From the NCBI RefSeq assembly GCF_018350175.1, contig NC_058382.1:56360001-56424000 (forward strand): a DNA stretch of 64,000 nt, given 5' to 3'. Below, one piece after another: positions 57,850 through 64,000 of this stretch (its first letter is position 1; every line of letters starts with the position of its first letter). This DNA is from Felis catus (Eukaryota). The position numbers were made by a program, and so were the translations under genes. A model generated the notes under the pieces. That model was not told where the DNA came from and ran no database searches. It was given only the letters and a program-made list of their open reading frames with translations.

Positions 57850-59612
57850 TAAGGGAATCCTTATCAAAATCCATAAAGGTTTTCTATAGGCAGAGACGGG
57901 CTTATTCTAATACTGATGTGGAAAGACACAGGCCCCAGGGTAGCTTCACAATCTTGAAGAAGAAGGATTTAGCTGGAGGAATCACACTGCCTGATGTTTG
58001 CACTACGTAGCTGCTACAGTAGTTGAGATGATGTAGTGCAGTAGGGGAAGACACGAAGATCAGTGGAAGAGTATGAAGAACCCAGAAAGAGATCCACATA
58101 AATACGTCCAACTGATTCTTAATAGATGTGCAAAAGCAATTCAATGAGAAGGGTGTGGTCCTTCTGCACAGAGCACAGAAGCACTTGGATGTCCATAGGC
58201 AAAAGTGAACTTGATCTTAAACCCCACACCTTATGTAAAAGCTAACTCAAAATGGATCGTGGATGGAAATGTAAAATGTAGAACCGTGAAGACTTTAGGA
58301 ACAAATGGGAGAAAATCTGAAGGATTCAGGGCCAGGCAAAGAGTTCTTAGACTTGACGTAGAACGTGAGGTTTCCTAAAAGGAGAATTTGACGAGTCGAG
58401 CCTTATTAAAACTTTACACTTTTGGTCTAGGAAAAATCTTGTTAAAAGGATGAAAGGACAAGCTACCAACTGGGGAGAGGCACTGACAAACCACGTATGT
58501 GACAAAGGATTCATATGTATAATACATGACAAACTCCCAAAATTCAACAGCAAAAATCCCCAGTCAACCTAATTAGAAAATGGGCAAAAGACATGAACAG
58601 ACATTTCACCAAAAAGGATCTACAGATGGCAAGTAAGCACACAAAAAGATATCTAACCTCTTTCCCCATGAGGGAGACACAAAACCATACACAGCTCAAA
58701 ATAAAACCACAAAGAGCTATCAGTACCCACCTATTGGGATGGTTAAAAAAAAGGATAGTGGGTACAGTCAATGACAGTGAGGATGCAGGAAACTGAATAG
58801 TTCAGATGCTGAGGATGGGAATGTAAAAGGGACAATGACTCTGGAAACCAGTTTGGCAGTTTCTTGTAAAACTAAACAAACACGCAATTGCCACAGGAGA
58901 CAGCAATTGCACTCCTGGACATCTCTCCCAGAGGAGTGAAAACTGTGTTCAAACAAAAACCTGTACATGCATGTTCATAGCAGCTTTCTTCATAATTGCC
59001 AGAAACTAAAATCAGCCCAGATGTCCTTCAGCAGGTGAATGGTTAAGCAAGCCGGAACACTCATACAGTGGAATACCACTCAGCTATAAAATGAATGAAA
59101 TTCTTGACACACAACAACTTGGAAGAATCTCCAGGGAATTATGCTGAGTGGGGAAAAGAAAAAAAAAAAAAGGCAATCCCAAAGGTTCCATACTGTATTA
59201 TTTCATTTATGTGGCATTTCCCAAATGACAAAATTATGGGAAAGGAGAACAGATTAGTGATTGCCAGGATCTAGGGACATAGAGGTAGGTGGTATTTGGG
59301 AGAGAGGAGAGTGTGGTTGTAAATGGCCACAGGGGGTCTTTGTGCTGACGGAACATGTGTAGATTAAACCTACACATGGAACAAAATTAAGTAGAACTAG
59401 ATGTGCACGCACGCGCGCGTGCACACACACACACACACACACACAAATGAGTACAAATGAAACTGGGGAAATCTGGATAGAATCCATGGATTACATCAAT
59501 GTCAATATCCCGGCTGTAATATTGTTTCTATAGGTTTGCAAAATGGTAGCATTGGGAGAAACTGGGTAAAATATCTCTTGCAACTGCATTATCTCAAAAT
59601 AAGAAAAAATGA
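57850..59612 (+). mobile_element. Old L1 (L1MC-like) ORF2 3' part and 3' UTR, apparently inside an older L1ME remnant
   Basis: ggaggaatcacactgcctga, aaatgggcaaaagacatgaacagacatttcacc, ctggaaaccagtttggcagtttc, aaactggggaaatctg..tcaatgtcaatatcc. Confidence 0.9.
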
Positions 59613-61869
59613 ATTAAAAATGTGTTTATGCAGTGGTATGCATTTAAAAGACTGGAAGGGAGGCATCAACATTTTTAAAATAGTTGTAGTGTTCAGCATC
59701 CATGCTGGGACATACAGCATCTTGTTTTTCTACCTTTTACTTTGGTTTGTTTTCCAGATTTTACTTAGTGTACATATGTTAGTTTTGTAAAGGTGAAGAA
59801 AGTACTCCTGGTTTTTTACTTTAAAAAGTTTATTGCCAACTATGACAACTCACGGTCCTTCTTCTAGTTTGTTCTGAAACCATCTCCCCATTCCTTCTTC
59901 TCTTACACCCCAAGTGTAAAGGGAGAGTGAACACATGTACACACACTACACGCAGACACACACACACACACACACACGCACAGACACACCCAACATTATG
60001 ACCTGTTCAAGAATTAATCAGTTGGGACTCAGCGCTCGAAACTTAACATCAATAGTTTGCAGCTAATGATGTACGAACCGCTGTTAGCCTAGACGGACAT
60101 TTGACCCAGAGGCTGAGGAGCTGGAGGTCTCATTGTGATTTCATTTGTGATTCACAGCCCAAGTCTAGTGTAGAGATAGGAGGTGTGTCTTGATGGATAA
60201 TAAAAGAATAGAGGTTTAGACAAAGAAAATAATGAGAAAGGGATTATTGAGAAACCTGTTTTACCCTCTTCACCTCACTGGGTGGCCCCCATCCTTTGGT
60301 GCAGACATAATTTGAAGAACCCAGAGCATATGATTGGTAGTAAGTAATCGAATAAATTCATAGGATGGGAGCAAGGCTCAGGAGCCTATAAAAGATTCAA
60401 GTCCTACTTCCCCTTAGGAGAGAGGTATCCAACCAGTATTAATATTTTAGAAATACTAGAAGGTAGAAGAGGAGCCATTATTCATCACTAGCACCTCCAT
60501 GGTACTAAAATTAAATAATGGATTTTTTTTTAAGACAGAATTGCTAGAGTTGTGGAACTATAAAAAATATTCCTCTCTTGGGGATGTTGCATTTTTTGCT
60601 TTTATCTTTTCTTCTCCTCTTGAGAACATTTTGATTTACTTCTGTGATAAGCTTATAACAACTAAGGAACTTGGGAGGCGGGTTGAGCTAGGCTGGGAGG
60701 GAGGGGGTTTAGGCAGCTGACAAATGAGCCTGTGTAAATTTGTTTGGCTTCGAGTCAGGAAGCGCCAGGACTGCGCATGCATTCATTTACCACTGCATAG
60801 CGTGTATGCAAGCACATATGGGCTGGGGCCCTGGGCCCTGTAATAGTGAGCGCCCACTGTGGTGTGCAGGCTTGGGGTCTGAGCATGCTTGTCTGCTCAA
60901 CAGGATCCCTGCGAAGAAAACCCAGCTCTCCCCTTCCTAATCCGGTGAAAGCCTTGAAGCACCAGCCCTGCTCCTCGAGGAGGCATCTGGTCTAGCTGTG
61001 AGGAATCACACAGCCAGGGGTTGGCTTCACACCAGCCTCCATGTTTCTGGATTGGCTCAGCTGGTCTCAGAGGTTTCCATGTCTGGCTCCGCCCCAGAAC
61101 TAGCTGCTTAACCCAGTTGGACCAATGACTTCGCCTACTGAGTCTCACTTTCCCCACCCTTGAAATGGAAATAATAGTAACTACCTGGCAAAAACAAACA
61201 AGCAAACAAAAAAACTACCAGAACTTTTTAGCAAGGGCGCCTGACATTTATGAGACCTCAGTGAAAGCAGTTATTACTTAAGATGCAACTTGAAGGTTTT
61301 TAAAAATCCTCTTAATTATAAAGTTACTCTTCGTGATATTGACATGCTGCCATGTTTAGATATACTCAGATGGTAATTGTTAGTATTTGCTGAGTGCCTA
61401 CTGTTTGCCAGCCACAGTACCCTGTGCTCACCATGACCTTGGGAGCTCAGATCTCTTACCCTCATTGAACTGAAGAACTGACATTCAGATGGATGAGAGG
61501 GTGACTCAAGTTCAAAACCAAGGACATACTAGAGCCCGAGCATAAGCTGACACCAAACCATTATCTAAACCACTGCACAGTGGAGGCAGGAGGGGTGGCT
61601 ATTGCTTGGTACACAGAGAAATGGAGTTACAGGGAATGGGAGAGAATCCTTGCCCAGCAACGGGTGGAGAGTGGCTGAGTTAGGTTTAAACAGACATCCA
61701 TGGATGGTATCTCATTCCTTACCATGCAGCACTGATCCACACCCGTTGAGGACTGCTCCGAGCTTCAGCCTGAAGGGTCCATAGCAACTGAGAATGAGAA
61801 ACAGCCTCAGAGTCTATCTGGCATTGGTCACCTCTACAGCACCTTTACCAGCAGGTGGTGTGGGCCTAG

Positions 61870-62230
61870 ACACCACAGTGCCCAGTGGCAGGCTTCTCCA
61901 TCACCAGACAGCTCATGCCATCAGCTAATACTCTCCAACCTCACAATGTTTCCCTCCATTTAAGCTGAAATCTATCTGTTCAGTAACTTGTATTGATTGA
62001 CTTTCCTGAAACAACAAAACTAAGCCAATCTCCTCTTTTGCAGGTCTTTAGGTGATGCCCAAAACTATGCTCCCCCCCCATCTCTCTATGTCTCCAATCA
62101 GTTAAGGGGCTTCACTGTGTTAATCCTATATAGAACAGACCACCTTGGTTCTCCCTCAAATACATGCTTCCTTTAGGGCCCCTACGTCATGTAACCTCTA
62201 CCCGTCCCCATATCCCTTGGAGAGAACACA
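61870..62230 (-). mobile_element. L3/CR1 fragment
   Basis: ggcttctccatcaccagacagctc...tttccctccatttaagctgaaatctatctg..gtaactt. Confidence 0.5.
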
Positions 62231-62809
62231 CCATACAACATGATCTGTTATGGAGTAATCACCCACAAGGCAGTTATTGGACAGTTATTTACCCATGACT
62301 GTTTTAAAGGATTAGTTACCATAACCTGAGGGGAACCCGTAATCCATACGCAACCCCCACCAAGAGCCTTCCATTTATTGTGCAACTTATGAAACCCTTT
62401 GCCAAAGTCTTTATTGACTTGTAGTTTGTATGGTCCTTTCTTGTTGGACTTCCCTTAGAAAAACCGTATTGTATAAAGATGTTCACCCAAGTTGGTCTCA
62501 TTTCACCCATGAGCCTGTTAATTTTCAGGGAGCACACCGCTCTACTCTTTAAAATGCGTGTGTTTCATTGGGATCATTTAATTAGGCAAGCCACTCTAAA
62601 TGACTCTCGTAGGAAGATACCAGAGTATCTCTCATACCTCAAGCCCAAGAAGCAAAGCTGGTCCTTACCAGAAATTGATAAGCCATTTTGAAATCATGAA
62701 ATCATGAAATCAAATGAAAGCTATGCAAGTTCATTAATTTGTGTACTTCTTTCCTTTCCTTTTTTACCATGTGGTCTCTCATTTCACTTTTTCTCTTTAC
62801 GTAGCTTCT

Positions 62810-63160
62810 TTATTTATTACAAAATATTTAAGTGTCTACTATACATCATGCTCTGTTCATAGCCATGAACAAAGACCAAAGTCCCTAATAACATGGAACA
62901 TTTATTTTAATGGTAAATAGAGATAGCAAACAGATAACTATGTCAGTTGATGATGGGTTAGTTCTGTGAAGGAAAACAAAGCAGGGTCATTGACATAGAG
63001 GATGATGTTGGAAGGGAAGCCACTTTTTTTTTAATAAGGTGGTCATGGAAGTCCTGACTAAATAAATGAATATAATTAGAGAAGTCAGGGACAGTGAAGG
63101 AATGAGTTATACAGATATATACTTGGTAATAGCCTGGTGAATTAAAGCCATTTGCCAGAC
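62810..63160 (-). mobile_element. L2 fragment
   Basis: caaaatatttaagtgtctactata...gaacaaagaccaaagtcccta..catggaacattta...aggtggtcatggaagtcctg. Confidence 0.7.
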
Positions 63161-64000
63161 ACCACTGGGAAAGAGGACTGTGATATTTTGGTTGAAAAAT
63201 ATAATTTAAAGATGAAGCCTGAGGCATAAAATTAAGTAATGCCGAAGAGGATAATTCACCATCTACAGGGCTTGAGCCCATACTGGCTTCATATACACAC
63301 AGATATCCACTGTCTTCCCTTTCTGTTTTCCAAGTAGACCATGTTCTTTGTCAAGGTCTATACTTAGGGTCTGAAAGGGTCTCCCCAAAATGGTACACTT
63401 GGCTTTTATCCTGATAAGACTTTCAGGCTCCACAACCTATGCTTAGCTAACCGACTCAGTCTTTTCCTGTCCCAACACCAGGCTTCCTAAGGAGATTATC
63501 TGATTGGCCAGGCTCAGCTGTTGGATAGGATCCTTTTGGTTCATCGGAGAGTAAACCCAGGGCTGAAACAGGGGTAGGCCCAAGAAAGGCATTTTGGGGG
63601 AAATGGCAGAAAAACAGGATAGGAGGATATGTGTGGACAAAGCAACAGTTGAGGCTGAAGATAGGGATGGGTTGTAAAATGAACTACTGAAGGAGCCTGA
63701 ATTTTCTCTGAAAGTGAAATCTTTCCCAGAAAGATTTCAATCACATGTGACCCAATTGTGAGAGACAGTTACTGCTTCAGGGAATGAGGAACTTCGAAGG
63801 CATGCACAGGTCCTTGTAACCAAGGTGCATGTGAGGCAGAATAGAATGCCAGGCTTCCAGTTGAAAATGATTGAAATTTTATTTATATTTGACACTGCTT
63901 GTGTTTCCAAGCATCAGACTTAACATTAAAATTTGTCCTGAATTATAAGAATAATAAGAATAAGTATTGAAACTCTTGGCAAAAGGGCAGCCAACATGCA

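Noticed and set aside
57433..58010. Y/I/C/H-rich overlapping ORFs
   Set aside because: Translation artefacts of the TA/TG repeat.
1..64000. About a dozen TGASTCA (AP-1) sites
   Set aside because: Close to chance expectation for a 7-mer on both strands, and several lie in repeats.
1..64000. Naming a host or neighbouring gene
   Set aside because: No recognisable coding exon; the locus cannot be identified without a genome alignment.

Overview
Mammalian non-coding genomic DNA from a carnivore, very likely a felid: about 25 tRNA-derived CanSINEs of the cat SINEC_Fc type and one young carnivore L1. I cannot support any cellular protein-coding gene, tRNA, rRNA or CRISPR array. The only recognisable protein sequence is L1 ORF2: an open C-terminal fragment at 31931-33028 (-) and decayed fragments near 10.8-12.3 kb and 57.9-59.1 kb. 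The window is a layered transposon record (MIR, L2, L3/CR1, old L1M, hAT MITEs, MaLR/ERV1 LTRs, young SINEs with target-site duplications) separated by repeat-poor stretches that look like enhancers. The non-repeat signals most worth checking are: (i) a strong minus-strand bias of consensus 5' splice sites (AG|GTRAGT, 9 vs 1 by eye), with a few candidate small exons and one recursive-splice-like site, suggesting a minus-strand host gene or lncRNA; (ii) a CpG-rich patch at about 7.66-8.15 kb; (iii) several near-perfect RFX X-boxes; (iv) closely spaced inverted SINE pairs. I found no convincing evidence for a novel biological system. Repeat family names come from recalled consensus similarity and many boundaries are approximate; RepeatMasker/Dfam should confirm them.
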